A DNA stretch of 64,000 nt, taken from the NCBI GenBank assembly GCA_963737265.1, contig CAVTRY010000018.1, positions 96,001-160,000 of the forward strand. The letters are read 5' to 3'. Position 1 is the stretch's first letter. Every line of letters starts with the position of its first letter. This stretch comes from an uncultured delta proteobacterium (GTDB lineage: Bacteria; Myxococcota_A; Polyangia; Fen-1088). The notes beneath the pieces were generated by a model that had not been told where the DNA came from, did not search any database, and saw only the letters and a list, made by a program, of their open reading frames with translations. Both the position numbers and the translations under genes were made by a program. Shown piece by piece: positions 23,662 through 34,403 of the stretch.

Positions 23662-25722
23662 ATGGACGAACCGTCAAGCACGGAAAGCAACGCGATCACA
23701 CTTCGCATCAAGTTCAAGAGCGCGTCGCTGGACGAATTCATCAGCAGATACGGGGCTGATGTAAGTCCCGGCGGGATCTTCATCCGCACCAAACAGCCAC
23801 TCGACGTTGGCACCAACCTTAAGTTCGATTTCACCCTCGCGGACGGCGGCGCTTTGCTCGCCGGGCTCGGCACGGTCGCCTGGGTGCGCGAGAACGATCC
23901 CGCTCGCGCCAACAACGTGCCAGGCATGGGCCTGAGATTCGACAAGCTGTCAGCCGAAAGCCAGCACAACCACCAGACGATTCTGACGGAGAAAGCGCGT
24001 AAGGAAGGCAAGGCGCTCGGCACGCCGTATCCACCGGCGTCCTTCGTTGCGCCTGCGTCGCGGCCATCGCCAGCACCCGAGGCGCCACGTGCCGTCTCTC
24101 CTTCGCCCGACAGACGCGAACCAGCGCCGCCGAATCTCGCCGTCACTCGTCCAGCGCCTGCATCGGTGGTGAAGGTCGCGCCGCCCGAGCCACCCGTGCC
24201 CGTGGTGGCACCTGTTTCCTTGCAGGACAGTTCCGACAATACGGACGAGTTTTCTCCCGCCGGCAAGACGGTAATCCGCGACATGCCGGCGGACTTGGAT
24301 TCGGGGCCCACCAACTCGGGACCTTCTCCGCTCAGCAAGTCCTCCGAGGAGGCTGCGCCGGCGGCACAGCTGGACGATTGGAAGACGGATGCCGAATCGC
24401 TGCCGGTGACGAAGGCCGCACCGCCGCCCAAGCCATGGGTGGATCAAACTGCGCTCGATGCCGGCGGTGATTCCAGCGGCCAGGCGCAATTTCCCCTCAC
24501 CCCCGCCAGCCGCAAGAGCGCGAGTGGGGAAGGGTTGGCCCCGCTGCTGAGCTTGGGCGCTGGCGCGGGTCACGATTCCGACAAATCCGCCGCGCCGACC
24601 GAGGTTTTGGAGGAAATTTCGGGCGGCGCCCCGATCGAGGAAACCGCCGCCGAAAAGACCCAGGAGGTTTCGGAATCGACGCCACCTCCGCAGGCGCCCG
24701 ATCCGTTCGATATGACCGAGGTTCCACTCGACATGGACTCGTCGCTCGGCAAGGGAGCGGCGCAGGCCAAGAGCTCGGGTAAGGTAATATTCGTTGTGGC
24801 CCTGGTGGCCGCCGCCGCGGCTTTTGGCGCAGTATACCTGGCCAAGACCAAGCCCTGGCAGCAACAAGCCGCACGCGAAGTAGCGCCGCCCAGCGTGGCC
24901 GCGAGCCCCGCGCCCGTCACGCCGCCGCCCGCGCCTTCTGTCGCTGCTCAGCCTTCCGCTCCGGCGCCCGAACCGGTGAAACCCATCGCGGCCGAGGACC
25001 CGGCCGCCAAGCCAGCGGCGGAACAAGCGAAGCCCGAGCCGGTCGCGCCCGCGCCTGAGAAGCCAGCCGCGGAGAAGACCGGCGCCAAGGCGGAGGCCAA
25101 GGCGGACGCGACCAAACCCGCGACCAAACCGACGTCCGCCGGCAAGCCAGCCAGCAAGTGGGGCGAGGGAAAGGCCGCCGCACAAGAAGAGGAGGAGAAA
25201 GAGGAAGTCTATCGCCTCATCTTCAAATCGATTCCTTCGGGCTCCGAGGTTCTCATCGACGGCGAATATTTTGGACGCACCCCTTGCGAGCGGCGAATTC
25301 TGGACCGCAGCAAGTCGTACGCCATTTTGGTGCGGCGCGAGGGGTACGAACCGCACGAGCGCATGTTGGGCGCCTCGGACAACTGGCTGAAGAAGGGCAA
25401 CGAGCGCATTCTCACCGTCACGGCCAAGCTGAAGAGAATCAGCAAGGGTGGGGCGGGTGCCGAGCACAGCGCAGAGAGCAGCTCTGAAATCAAACCTGAA
25501 AAGGCTCCCGAGGTCGCCGCACCCGCGGCCAAGCCGGAGGCCAAGAATGAGGCGAAGCCGGCAATCAAGCCGGAGGCAAAGGCCGCGGCCAAACCGGACG
25601 TCAAGGCAGAGCCTGCCAAGCCCGCCGCCGCTGCCAAACCCGAGCCGACCAAGCCGGTCGTGGCCCCGGCGGAGAAGCCGAACGCGCTCAAACCAGCCCC
25701 GGCTTTTGACGAAGCGAAATAG
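23662..25722 (+). CDS. TIGR02266-type (PilZ-like) membrane protein with Pro/Ala/Lys-rich linkers and PEGA-like domain
   Basis: DEFISRYGADVSPGGIFIRT..GMGLRF; TM segment; SIPSGSEVLIDG..GRTP. Confidence 0.8.
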   Translation: MDEPSSTESNAITLRIKFKSASLDEFISRYGADVSPGGIFIRTKQPLDVGTNLKFDFTLADGGALLAGLGTVAWVRENDPARANNVPGMGLRFDKLSAESQHNHQTILTEKARKEGKALGTPYPPASFVAPASRPSPAPEAPRAVSPSPDRREPAPPNLAVTRPAPASVVKVAPPEPPVPVVAPVSLQDSSDNTDEFSPAGKTVIRDMPADLDSGPTNSGPSPLSKSSEEAAPAAQLDDWKTDAESLPVTKAAPPPKPWVDQTALDAGGDSSGQAQFPLTPASRKSASGEGLAPLLSLGAGAGHDSDKSAAPTEVLEEISGGAPIEETAAEKTQEVSESTPPPQAPDPFDMTEVPLDMDSSLGKGAAQAKSSGKVIFVVALVAAAAAFGAVYLAKTKPWQQQAAREVAPPSVAASPAPVTPPPAPSVAAQPSAPAPEPVKPIAAEDPAAKPAAEQAKPEPVAPAPEKPAAEKTGAKAEAKADATKPATKPTSAGKPASKWGEGKAAAQEEEEKEEVYRLIFKSIPSGSEVLIDGEYFGRTPCERRILDRSKSYAILVRREGYEPHERMLGASDNWLKKGNERILTVTAKLKRISKGGAGAEHSAESSSEIKPEKAPEVAAPAAKPEAKNEAKPAIKPEAKAAAKPDVKAEPAKPAAAAKPEPTKPVVAPAEKPNALKPAPAFDEAK

Positions 25723-25742
25723 GATCTGCGAGTAGCTCCTCC

Positions 25743-26987
25743 ATGACTGCGGATCGTCGCCAGTGGTCGAAGCTAGGCACCACGGGAGCGGCGCTCGTCA
25801 CGCTCGGCCTGGTGGCCGTGGGGCTCGGCGGAGCGCTCGGCGGCGGGTGGTTCTCGGGAAAAGTCTCTTCCGGCCAGCCAGGCGCCAAAGCGGCGAAGGG
25901 CAAACGACTGCCGCGCATCGATGTCCACACCCACATCAGTCCCGGTGGGCTCGAGCGGGCGCTGGCCATCATGGACCAATGGGGTATCGATGGCATGGTG
26001 AACCTTTCCGGCTACACGCCCGGCCCGCCACGGCATGGCTTGGAAACTCAGTTGGCCATCGCACGCGCCTCGGGCGGCCGCATCGCCGTTTTCACCAACG
26101 TCAATTTCATCAAGGCTGTGCGCACCCGGCCCGACTATGGCACCGCGATGGCGGAAGAGCTGAGCGTGGCGAAAGAGATGGGTGCCATCGGGCTCAAGAT
26201 TCCCAAGGGCTTGGGCCTCGGGTACCCGGCGCCCGACGGGCAGAAGTTGCTGCCGGTCGACGATGCCGGCCTCGATCCTCTGTTCGAGGAAGCTGGCAAA
26301 CTGGGCATGCCCGTCGCGATTCACACCGGCGATCCCAAGGCCTTCTGGCAGCCCGCCGACGAGAAGAACGAACGCCTCGACGAACTGCGCGCGCATCCCG
26401 AATGGTCGTTTTTTGGTGAGCCAGTGCCGTCGTGGGAAGAGCTCAACGCGCAGTTCGAACGCCGTGTGGCCCGCCACCCCAAGACCATTTTCATCGGCGT
26501 GCATTTTGGCAACGACCCCGAAGATCCGGACCGCGTGGCCCGCATGCTGGACAAGTATCCCAACCTCTATATCGACACGGCGGCGCGCGTGCCTGAAATT
26601 GGCCGGCAGGACGCGACCAAGATGCGCCGACTTTTCGAGAAATACCAAGACCGCATCCTGTTCGGCACCGATCTCGGTGTGGGAGAGACGCAAGACGAAA
26701 TGATGTACGGGTCGAATGGCGCGCTGCCGCCCACCCTGGCCGACGAGCGCCGCTACTTTGAATCGACGTGGCGCTACTTCGAAACGACCGACAAACAGTT
26801 CGAGTCGCCCACCCCCATCCAGGGCCGCTGGAAGATCGACGGACTCGGCCTCGCAGAGCCGATTTTGCGCAAGGTCTATTTCGAAAACGCCGTTCGGCTT
26901 CTCAAATGGCAGCCGCCGGCTGGCCCACCCCACGCCGATCATCCCGTCGCCCCGCGCCCGCCGCCCAGCCCAGGGCAAACAAAGTGA
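25743..26987 (+). CDS. amidohydrolase family protein
   Basis: IDVHTH, AIHTGDP, VHFG, RILFGTD. Confidence 0.88.
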   Translation: MTADRRQWSKLGTTGAALVTLGLVAVGLGGALGGGWFSGKVSSGQPGAKAAKGKRLPRIDVHTHISPGGLERALAIMDQWGIDGMVNLSGYTPGPPRHGLETQLAIARASGGRIAVFTNVNFIKAVRTRPDYGTAMAEELSVAKEMGAIGLKIPKGLGLGYPAPDGQKLLPVDDAGLDPLFEEAGKLGMPVAIHTGDPKAFWQPADEKNERLDELRAHPEWSFFGEPVPSWEELNAQFERRVARHPKTIFIGVHFGNDPEDPDRVARMLDKYPNLYIDTAARVPEIGRQDATKMRRLFEKYQDRILFGTDLGVGETQDEMMYGSNGALPPTLADERRYFESTWRYFETTDKQFESPTPIQGRWKIDGLGLAEPILRKVYFENAVRLLKWQPPAGPPHADHPVAPRPPPSPGQTK

Positions 26988-27005
26988 CGAAATGTGCGGT
27001 TGAGC

Positions 27006-27033
27006 TTGACGGCGGGACTCGTCTGCACATAAT
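27006..27033 (+). promoter_or_regulatory. sigma70-like promoter of tRNA-Asn
   Basis: TTGACG-N16-CATAAT just upstream of the tRNA. Confidence 0.6.
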
Positions 27034-27047
27034 CATCGCCTTCCCAT

Positions 27048-27123
27048 TCCGGAGTAGCTCAGTCGGCAGAGCAGACGGCTGTTAACCGTCGGGTCGGGAG
27101 TTCGAATCTCTCCTCCGGAGCCA
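27048..27123 (+). tRNA. tRNA-Asn(GTT)
   Basis: Acceptor stem TCCGGAG/CTCCGGA, AGCTCAGTCGG D arm, anticodon loop CTGTTAA, GTTCGAATC T arm, encoded CCA. Confidence 0.97.
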
Positions 27124-27165
27124 CCCGATCGCCCCCACCAACTTCGGTGGGCTGGCGATTTAACT

Positions 27166-27205
27166 GCGCGCCCCCGTGCCTCGTCGAGGGGGCGTCGCGC
27201 TTTTC
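27166..27205 (+). terminator. probable intrinsic terminator after the tRNA
   Basis: GCGCGCCCCC..GGGGGCGTCGCGC followed by TTTT. Confidence 0.45.
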
Positions 27206-27415
27206 GGCCTGTATTTGCAGGGGTTTGCGTGAGTCGGCCTCCATGCGCCCGCGAGTGGCGGCTCTCGCAGAGAGCAGGTGGCTGGGCGCTGGGCGCCAGC
27301 GCTTCTTTTCCGGCCTCCGAGCGCTCTCTTGGGCGCTGGCCGGGAGAGACCATCGGAGAGCGTTTAATAGCCAGAGAGCGCGTTTAACAGATTTGAGCGA
27401 TTCTAAGCCGGTTTT

Positions 27416-27499
27416 CAGTCAAATTCGGTTCGAATCCGCACCGCTACCCCAACCCACCCGTGACCCATTCTCTGTTTAATGGGTTAATAGCGCAGTGGG
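27416..27499 (+). repeat. ~84-bp imperfect direct repeat, copy 1
   Basis: CAGTCAAATTCGG..TTAATAGCGCAGTGGG aligns with 30561-30643. Confidence 0.85.
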
Positions 27500-27668
27500 C
27501 GACATGTTGTTGTTCACGGGGATATTCTGTGCTGAGGGGCGCTCATGTTGCCGCCGAAGAGAGCCTCGTCGGAGGACGCAGCGGATGCGGCGCCCACACC
27601 GTTGAACGGCAAGCCGTTGGCCGGCTTTTTACGAGCGAATCAACCTTGCGCGCCCGATTCATCGAGGG

Positions 27669-28715
27669 CTAGAATTTCGTGCAGTCGATGACGAAGCGGT
27701 ACTTCACGTCGCCTTTCACCGTGCGCGCAAAGGCCTCGTTGATTTTCTCCGGCGTGGTGAGTTCGATGTCGCTGGTGATGCCGTGCTTTCCGCAATGATC
27801 CAGCATTTCCTGGGTTTCGGGGATCCCGCCCACCAGCGAGCCCATCACCTTGCGGCGTCCGAAGATGAGCGGGAATGGGCTTAGATCGAGCGTCTCGGGA
27901 GATGCGCCGACGAGGATGAGCGTTCCTTCGCGTTTCAGGCAACCGAGCGGTTGATTGATATCGTGCTTGGCCGAGATGGTATCGACGATCGCGTCGAAGC
28001 GGTTCGCCAGCGGCGCCAAGGCGTTGTCAGCGCTGGTGAGGACAAAGTCGTGCGCCCCAAGTTTCTGCGCGTCGGTTTTCTTCCCCGGCGAGCGGCTTAG
28101 CATCGTGACTTCGGCGCCGAACGAGGCGGCGAGCTTGACCGCCATATGGCCGAGCCCTCCGAGCCCCATCACGGCGACTCGCGAGCCTTTCTTGATGCCA
28201 ACGTGGCGAAGCGGCGAGTACGTGGTGATGCCGGCGCAAAGCAACGGGGCGGCGCCCGCGGGATCCAGGTTCGCCGGGACATTCAAGACGAAGTGTTCGG
28301 TGACGACGATCTGGTTGGAATAGCCACCCAAGGTCTGCGTCTTCCCGCCTGTGTCGGCGTCCGGGCTTCCGTAGGTCATCGTCATGCCGGTCTCGCAGTA
28401 GTTCTCGTGGCCTTCCTTGCAACTTGCGCAGGTCCCACACGCGTTGACGAAACAGCCGACGGCCACGCGCTCTCCAACCTTAACCTTCTTGACGTCGTCG
28501 CCGACTTTGACCACGCGGCCGACGATCTCGTGGCCGGGAAGGCAGGGGAAAGTCGTCATCCCCCATTCGTTGCGGGCGAAGTGAATGTCCGAATGACAAA
28601 TTCCGCAGAATTCGATGGCGATTTGAACATCCCGCCGTCCCGGCGCGCGGCGTTCGAATTGAAACGGGGCAAGTGGCGCTGCTGCCGACAGGGCTGCATA
28701 TCCTTTGGTGAGCAT
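27669..28715 (-). CDS. Zn-dependent NAD(P) alcohol dehydrogenase (cinnamyl-ADH-like)
   Basis: CGICHSD, GHEIVG, PLLCAGITTYSP, GLGGLG, KYRFVID. Confidence 0.95.
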   Translation of the reverse strand: MLTKGYAALSAAAPLAPFQFERRAPGRRDVQIAIEFCGICHSDIHFARNEWGMTTFPCLPGHEIVGRVVKVGDDVKKVKVGERVAVGCFVNACGTCASCKEGHENYCETGMTMTYGSPDADTGGKTQTLGGYSNQIVVTEHFVLNVPANLDPAGAAPLLCAGITTYSPLRHVGIKKGSRVAVMGLGGLGHMAVKLAASFGAEVTMLSRSPGKKTDAQKLGAHDFVLTSADNALAPLANRFDAIVDTISAKHDINQPLGCLKREGTLILVGASPETLDLSPFPLIFGRRKVMGSLVGGIPETQEMLDHCGKHGITSDIELTTPEKINEAFARTVKGDVKYRFVIDCTKF

Positions 28716-29374
28716 GGGGCCTCCATTCATTGAGTGTCGGGGAGTCTGTCGGACCTTGCCGACCGGCGCCACCCCGAAAGGTCCACGCGCATGAATCCGA
28801 AGCGCCACCCTGGAATGCTGTACTCTCGCGTGACCTTAACATGAAGCTCCACCGGAAAAGCGTCCTTGCCTCGGGTGTCCGCCGCAAGAATGCGGATCGA
28901 TGACCGGGAGGACCCCAAAGGGTAGTCAGGATTGGTCGCGGCGAGGGCTGGGCACCTCCCCGCTTGGGTCGAATTGGGCCGGGATCGGGCGTTCGAGCGC
29001 GCGGGAGTAGACTGCGGACATGCGAATCGCGTGACCCGCGCCGTCCACGAGCTGTGCTGCATCGGTCAGTCTCACGCGACCCGCGCATAGGATGTGGTTT
29101 TGGATAAACGCGGGCCAAGACAGACCACGATTGCGAGGCAAGTGCGGCGGTCGATACTTGGCGACGGTTCGCGGGGTCCGGACCTTTTCCGCCGGATCAA
29201 ACGGAACCGACATGTTCCTCAGCGAATCCGGTGCGAGGGTACTTTTTCACGCAACTTTGGATGGCGAGGGTTGGGGAAGCGGTTCCCAAGGTTGTTCGGC
29301 CGCCCGCAACCTGCGTGGGTTTTCGAGCATCCAAGCGAGCGCTTACAAGCTCGCGCACCAAGTAGGAGGAACCC

Positions 29375-29797
29375 ATGGCCATCAAGAAGCTTAACCCATA
29401 CCTCAACTTCGACGGAACCGCGGAGAAAGCGATCCAGCTTTATGAAAGCGCCCTTGGCGCCAAGACCGACCGAATCATGCGATGGGGCGATGTAGCCGAG
29501 ATGAAAGTCGACCCCGAGCACAAAGACCGCGTTATGCACGCAGCTCTCTTCATCGGCGAAGGCGTGATCATGGTCAGCGACTGCCAGCCCGACCAACCAT
29601 TCACGACCGGAGACAGCGTCCACGTCAGCGTCGATTTCGACGATCCCGCCGACATGACCAAGAGGTTCAACGCCCTCGCGGCCGGCGGCAAGGTGCTCAT
29701 GCCCGTCCAAGACATGTTCTGGGGCGCGAAGTTCGGCATGCTCAAGGATGCCTACGGCATCGGCTGGATGTTCAACTGCGACAGCAAGAGGAGCTGA
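29375..29797 (+). CDS. VOC/PhnB-family protein
   Basis: LNPYLNFDG, VMHA, MFWGAKFGMLKDAYGIGW. Confidence 0.92.
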   Translation: MAIKKLNPYLNFDGTAEKAIQLYESALGAKTDRIMRWGDVAEMKVDPEHKDRVMHAALFIGEGVIMVSDCQPDQPFTTGDSVHVSVDFDDPADMTKRFNALAAGGKVLMPVQDMFWGAKFGMLKDAYGIGWMFNCDSKRS

Positions 29798-29857
29798 CAC
29801 CCCAACCCTCTCGAATCCTCTCCGACAAACAAGGCGAGTTCCTAACGAGATTCCTGA

Positions 29858-30244
29858 ATGCCCCACTCCAAACGAATGGTCATCGGCTTCTGGATCGCCA
29901 CTGCGCTCTTCTGCCTGCAGATGGGCTTCACCGCGTACGCGGAACTGCGCTTGCCGCAGGTAGCGGCGGCGTTCACCCACCTCGGCTTCCCTGCCTACTT
30001 CCGAGTGGAGCTCTCGTGGGCCAAGCTTCTCGGCGTGGTGTTGCTGCTTGCGCCGGTGCCGGCGCGGCTCAAGGAGTGGGCCTACGCCGGCTTCGCTATC
30101 GACCTCGGCTCTGCGCTTATCGCCCATTTCTCGGTGGGCGATGGTCCGGAGGCGTGGGGCTGGGCGGCGGCCACCTTTGTGCTCTGGGCGCTCTCGTACT
30201 TCTTCTGGCGCCGCCTGCAGGCCGCGCCGTTGAGTTTCCGATGA
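29858..30244 (+). CDS. DoxX-like membrane protein
   Basis: HLGFPAYF..LKEWAYAG. Confidence 0.88.
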   Translation: MPHSKRMVIGFWIATALFCLQMGFTAYAELRLPQVAAAFTHLGFPAYFRVELSWAKLLGVVLLLAPVPARLKEWAYAGFAIDLGSALIAHFSVGDGPEAWGWAAATFVLWALSYFFWRRLQAAPLSFR

Positions 30245-30560
30245 ACGCTCTCACCCTCGCCAACCTCGCCGGCAGGAGACAGGCCGGTTGGCCGAACAAC
30301 GGACGCGGCATCGAGGAACCGGCGACCTGCCCCAATAGAACCCGTGGCGCATTGTGGGCACTGCGACTCGCCTTGCGACCCTGGCAGCATTTGCAGGGCC
30401 GGGGCCTGCGAGCCGGCGACCAGTCATTGGCCGGATTTTCAGTCCCCAGGACGACGACGGATTCAAAGTGACGGAGTAGATGGCCTGCTCGGCGGCGAGG
30501 CCTTCAGTCGACTTACAGTCGAGACCGGAACCCCTCGCCTTCAGGCGAGGGTAGGGCGCT

Positions 30561-30643
30561 CAGTTAAATTCGGTCCGCATCCGTACCGCTACCCCATCCC
30601 GAATGTTGCCTGCTCTCTGGTTAATGGTTAATAGCGCAGTGGG
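30561..30643 (+). repeat. ~83-bp imperfect direct repeat, copy 2
   Basis: Matches 27416-27499. Confidence 0.85.
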
Positions 30644-31107
30644 TGAGCACGTAGAGGAGAGTTCTCGGGTGGCCAGCGGCATGCTGGCAGACGTGGCCCG
30701 TCCTCTTCTCGGTCGCTGCCTTACGGCATTCCACCGGACCAGCCCTACTTGAGCGACATCGTCAGCTCGGCCGCGGTGGCCACGCCTTGCTCGCGCGCGA
30801 CTTTCTGCACTCGGGCACGCGCTCTCGGCCGCAGTTCCCGCAGGGCGCCGAGGTATCGCCCATGGAGCTTGCGACCGGCGGACGCCTTGCCACTCGGCTT
30901 GCCCCCTTTACCAAGAATCCATTCTCCAGGTGCGACAGTAATCGCACGCGCGGACGCGCAACGCCGAGCGCATGATCGCCGCCGGAGCAAGCGGGGGGCG
31001 TCGTGCGCGGAGATGGCACCTGACGTCCTCGCTGAAGGTCAGCACGGGCACACGTGGCGCGTTCGGAAAGCGGAGCCCATCGCCGACACTCCCGCGCCGC
31101 AAATCAC

Positions 31108-31635
31108 TCAACAAGAAAGCACCAGCCGCCTAGAGCTTGGGTGCTTCCCTGAAATGGGGGCTGGGGCTTCACCTCGCCCCGCGCAGGTGGGATCGGAGGG
31201 AAAAACAGGGAGGAACGGAGGACCAGAGGAATCACGGGTTGGGTTGACGAGGCGGCGGAGACCCTCGCGAAGTACGGGGACGTGGAAATTGACGAGCAGG
31301 CCCACCGGCAGTCGTAGGAGCTTGAGATAGGTAATGACCTGTGCCAAGTGGACAGGAAGCAACTGCTCTACCGCCTTGACTTCGACGACCAAACGGCCTT
31401 CCACCATGAGGTCGAGGCGATAGCCGCAGTCGAGGTCAATGCCTTTGTACTGCAGAGGAATCGCGACCTGACGTTGCGTGCGAAATCCACGCAGGCCTAG
31501 CTCGCGCGCCAGGCAGTGCTCGTAGGCCGACTCAAGCAGCCCGGGACCGAGGTGACGGTGGACTTCGATGCAGGCGGCGATAATTTGCCCAGTAAAGTCA
31601 TCCTGTCTCTGTTTCTCCGTTCCTCGCTGTTCCAT
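31108..31635 (-). CDS. GxxExxY protein (PD-(D/E)XK-like)
   Basis: LGPGLLESAYE, YRLDLMVE..VEVKAV, GLLVNF. Confidence 0.92.
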   Translation of the reverse strand: MEQRGTEKQRQDDFTGQIIAACIEVHRHLGPGLLESAYEHCLARELGLRGFRTQRQVAIPLQYKGIDLDCGYRLDLMVEGRLVVEVKAVEQLLPVHLAQVITYLKLLRLPVGLLVNFHVPVLREGLRRLVNPTRDSSGPPFLPVFPSDPTCAGRGEAPAPISGKHPSSRRLVLSC

Positions 31636-31758
31636 ATCTGCGTTTTCGGCGGCACTCCGCCAGAAGTTGCTACCTCACCGAGCCCCCGGCTGGGGCCCCC
31701 GTTTCAGGGAGGCACCCCTAGAGCTTCAGCCAGTTGCAAAATCAACCCGTTTGCTGTT

Positions 31759-33255
31759 CTAGTATCCGACCTGGAAGCGGCCGATGAACACCTTCTCGGT
31801 CGGACGGTCGGCAGTCGCGCTGCCGTTCTTGGTACCTTCCGTGAACCAAGTCTGGTCATAGCTGGCGGCCAAGCGGAGGCTTTGCGACAGGTACCAACTC
31901 AGCACGAGGCCCATACCCTTGGCCTTCGCGATTGACTTCGTCGGATCCGCCAGCGTCGGAAACGCCCCTGGGTAGATGGTGAGCCAGTTGTATCTTGCAC
32001 CGATTTCGAGAGCGCCAAGGCTCCCCGTTTCCAGATTGAGTGGGTTGCGGACTCGCGGGCCCTCGTAGGTGCGGTCGCCCCCGAGCACATAGCCCACTGT
32101 CGCGTGTCCTGCCGAGTTGGTCAGGGTGGTGTCGGCACCGCCCTTGTCCACGCCCTGGCGCTCACGGAGGTATTCTGCTTCGAGCCCGACCGGCCCGTAG
32201 TAGTAGTAAAGCTGTGGGTTAATTCGCGTGTGCCTGTGGAGCGCGATGACCGTCTGGTTTGTGCTCGTTGTACTGGAAACGTAGCTGAAGATCGTATTCT
32301 GTCCGACCGACTTGAGCGCTCCCAACCACGTCCCTGTCACTGCTCCGTTGGCGATCGCAGCGCTCCCCTGTTCGTTGCCAGTCTCGACTGCCAACCCGAC
32401 GCCAAGACGCCCCAGCCAACGTAGAGACTGCGGTGCGAATGGCTGCACGAAGATACGTCCTGCGATGCTCTTGGCGTAGTCGCTGTCAACGTCGTTGAGA
32501 GTCGAATCGGGGACACCGTTTAAAATGGCGGCTTCATAGCGAAGGATGCCAGCGGCCACATCGCCCCAAAGTTGGATGCCGACGTCACGCTGGGCAGATA
32601 AATCCTGATCGAGAGCGCGTTCCGTGAAGACCATGTTGTTGTCCGACTGCAAGCGTTCAAGGCCTACGGGCGGCTTAAACTTGCCCGCGCGCAGCCTCAG
32701 CCAGCGGCGCGGGTGTAGATCGATATAGGCATCGAAAAGCTGCAGGGTCCCTCCGGCGAAGTCGGGCGTAATTAGTGCGTCTGCGAGACCTAGCAGAGTG
32801 ACTTCGATGGTCGGTCGTGCCCGGCGAATGAGGAAAGTGTCCGAATTTTGCAACGAACCGTCGCCGAAAAAACTACGGCCGTCGATCTGCAATTGGCCGT
32901 GGATGCGCACTCTGAACTTCTGATCTGGGCTGCTGATGCCAAATCCAGCTTCTTCGGCGGAAACTGTCGAGGCTGTCTTCGCTCGCTCGGCCGCCGCCTG
33001 CTCGGCTAACTCTAGCCGGCTGAGTCTCGAAGTGGCACTCTCATCGCCCTGCTGCGAGCGGCCGTCCAAGCTGGGCGGGGGTTCCGGTTGTTGCGAAGAA
33101 GTGCCGCCAGATACCTGCGAAGACGTGGGCGGGTTGGCTTCTGCCTGATTGGGCGCATCGGATGCTTGCGCATGCGCCGTCGAGAAGAGGAATGCCAGCG
33201 CGAGGGCCCCACCAAGAATCGGACCATGGTTTCTAGTCGTTCTGTCCATAGACAT
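31759..33255 (-). CDS. OprO/OprP-type phosphate-selective porin
   Basis: Signal peptide, IRRARP, GKFKPPVGLERLQS, RDVG, C-terminal RFQVGY. Confidence 0.82.
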   Translation of the reverse strand: MSMDRTTRNHGPILGGALALAFLFSTAHAQASDAPNQAEANPPTSSQVSGGTSSQQPEPPPSLDGRSQQGDESATSRLSRLELAEQAAAERAKTASTVSAEEAGFGISSPDQKFRVRIHGQLQIDGRSFFGDGSLQNSDTFLIRRARPTIEVTLLGLADALITPDFAGGTLQLFDAYIDLHPRRWLRLRAGKFKPPVGLERLQSDNNMVFTERALDQDLSAQRDVGIQLWGDVAAGILRYEAAILNGVPDSTLNDVDSDYAKSIAGRIFVQPFAPQSLRWLGRLGVGLAVETGNEQGSAAIANGAVTGTWLGALKSVGQNTIFSYVSSTTSTNQTVIALHRHTRINPQLYYYYGPVGLEAEYLRERQGVDKGGADTTLTNSAGHATVGYVLGGDRTYEGPRVRNPLNLETGSLGALEIGARYNWLTIYPGAFPTLADPTKSIAKAKGMGLVLSWYLSQSLRLAASYDQTWFTEGTKNGSATADRPTEKVFIGRFQVGY

Positions 33256-33495
33256 ATGTCCATGATACGAGACATCATCAAGATGGCAAGTGTCCAGGAG
33301 CCACCCGGACAGTTTGGCGTCCGCGTTCGGGCCAGTGAGAACGGCTGGATGCACTCATAGGTTGGTCCCGCTCCGCGTTTGCGATCTTCTCACTGGCTGC
33401 TCAAATGAGTGCCCGAGATATTCGCGAGTTGCGCTGGGCCATCTTTCTGGGCCACCTTGCGCCGGGGAGGAAATCGGCACATGGTTGGGGCACGA

Positions 33496-34403
33496 ATGGA
33501 ACATCCGAAGGTCTTGAACCTGAGCAAGATGGGGATGATCGAGACGGCGCTGCTTTGGGCATTGGCGGCAGCAAGTTGCGGCGGGACTTCCGCCAACGCT
33601 CCGTCGCCGGCGACTGCTGCAAGCGCCTCCGATGTCGACGAGGTCGCAGCTGGTCTGACGGAGCACCACCGCCACCACCACCACGGCGGGGTCACGCTCC
33701 TCATCGCCTTGACCTCGACACGCTCGGCGTCTCGCCCGAACAGCGGCCGGCGGTGGAGAGAATTCAAAAGGAACTGCATGCTCGCATGGAGCCGGCGCGC
33801 GTCGCAGAACAGAAGTTGGCGGTCACGCTGGCCGATGGGGTTGCTGCCGGGAAGTTCAATGCGGCCGGGGTGGACGCTGCGGTGGCGCGAGTGACCGCTG
33901 CGGCCGGAACCGTGCACGATGCCTCCGCGGCTTTGCTGAACGAGTTGCATGCCGTCTTGACGCCAGCCGAGCGAGCTGCAGTCGTCGACAAGGTGGAAGC
34001 ACACTGGGCGGTCTGGCAGAAAGCGAATGCCGAAGAGGACGATCCTGTGAATCCAGAGCGTGGTCGACTCGCGATGCTGGCGACAGATCTTGGGCTGACG
34101 CAAAGCCAGGTGGACAAGATCCGGATGAGCATTGGAGAGGGGTTGAAGTCGGTGCCTCGGCTCAACCAGCAGGCCATCGCCACGCATCTTCGCGCATTTG
34201 GCGAGGCGTTCCGCGGCGAGAAGTTCGATGCGAAGGCGCTCACGGGTGCGAACAGCGCGAACGCGCAGCTAGCTGGCTGGGGCGCGGCCCAGCTGGCGCA
34301 TTTCATCGAGGCAGTTAGTCCCGTGCTCACCCCGGACCAGCGCGCCGAGTTTGCACAGAGGCTCCGCGAGCATTCGGCTCACAGCAACGGAGGGAACGAA
34401 TGA
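33496..34403 (+). CDS. His-rich Spy/CpxP-like periplasmic lipoprotein (frameshift near 33712)
   Basis: Lipobox-like AAASC, HHRHHHH, two LTPxxR motifs (LTPAER, LTPDQR). Confidence 0.65.

Noticed and set aside
24850-25700. AKP/PEA low-complexity repeats
   Set aside because: Ordinary linker sequence in a myxobacterial membrane protein.
27080-27123. att-site duplicate of the tRNA-Asn 3' end
   Set aside because: I found no second copy in the window by eye; the island's right border may lie outside it.
30745-30990. Basic short ORF ending ARARVQKVAREQGV
   Set aside because: Probably a fragment; no assignable function or clear start.
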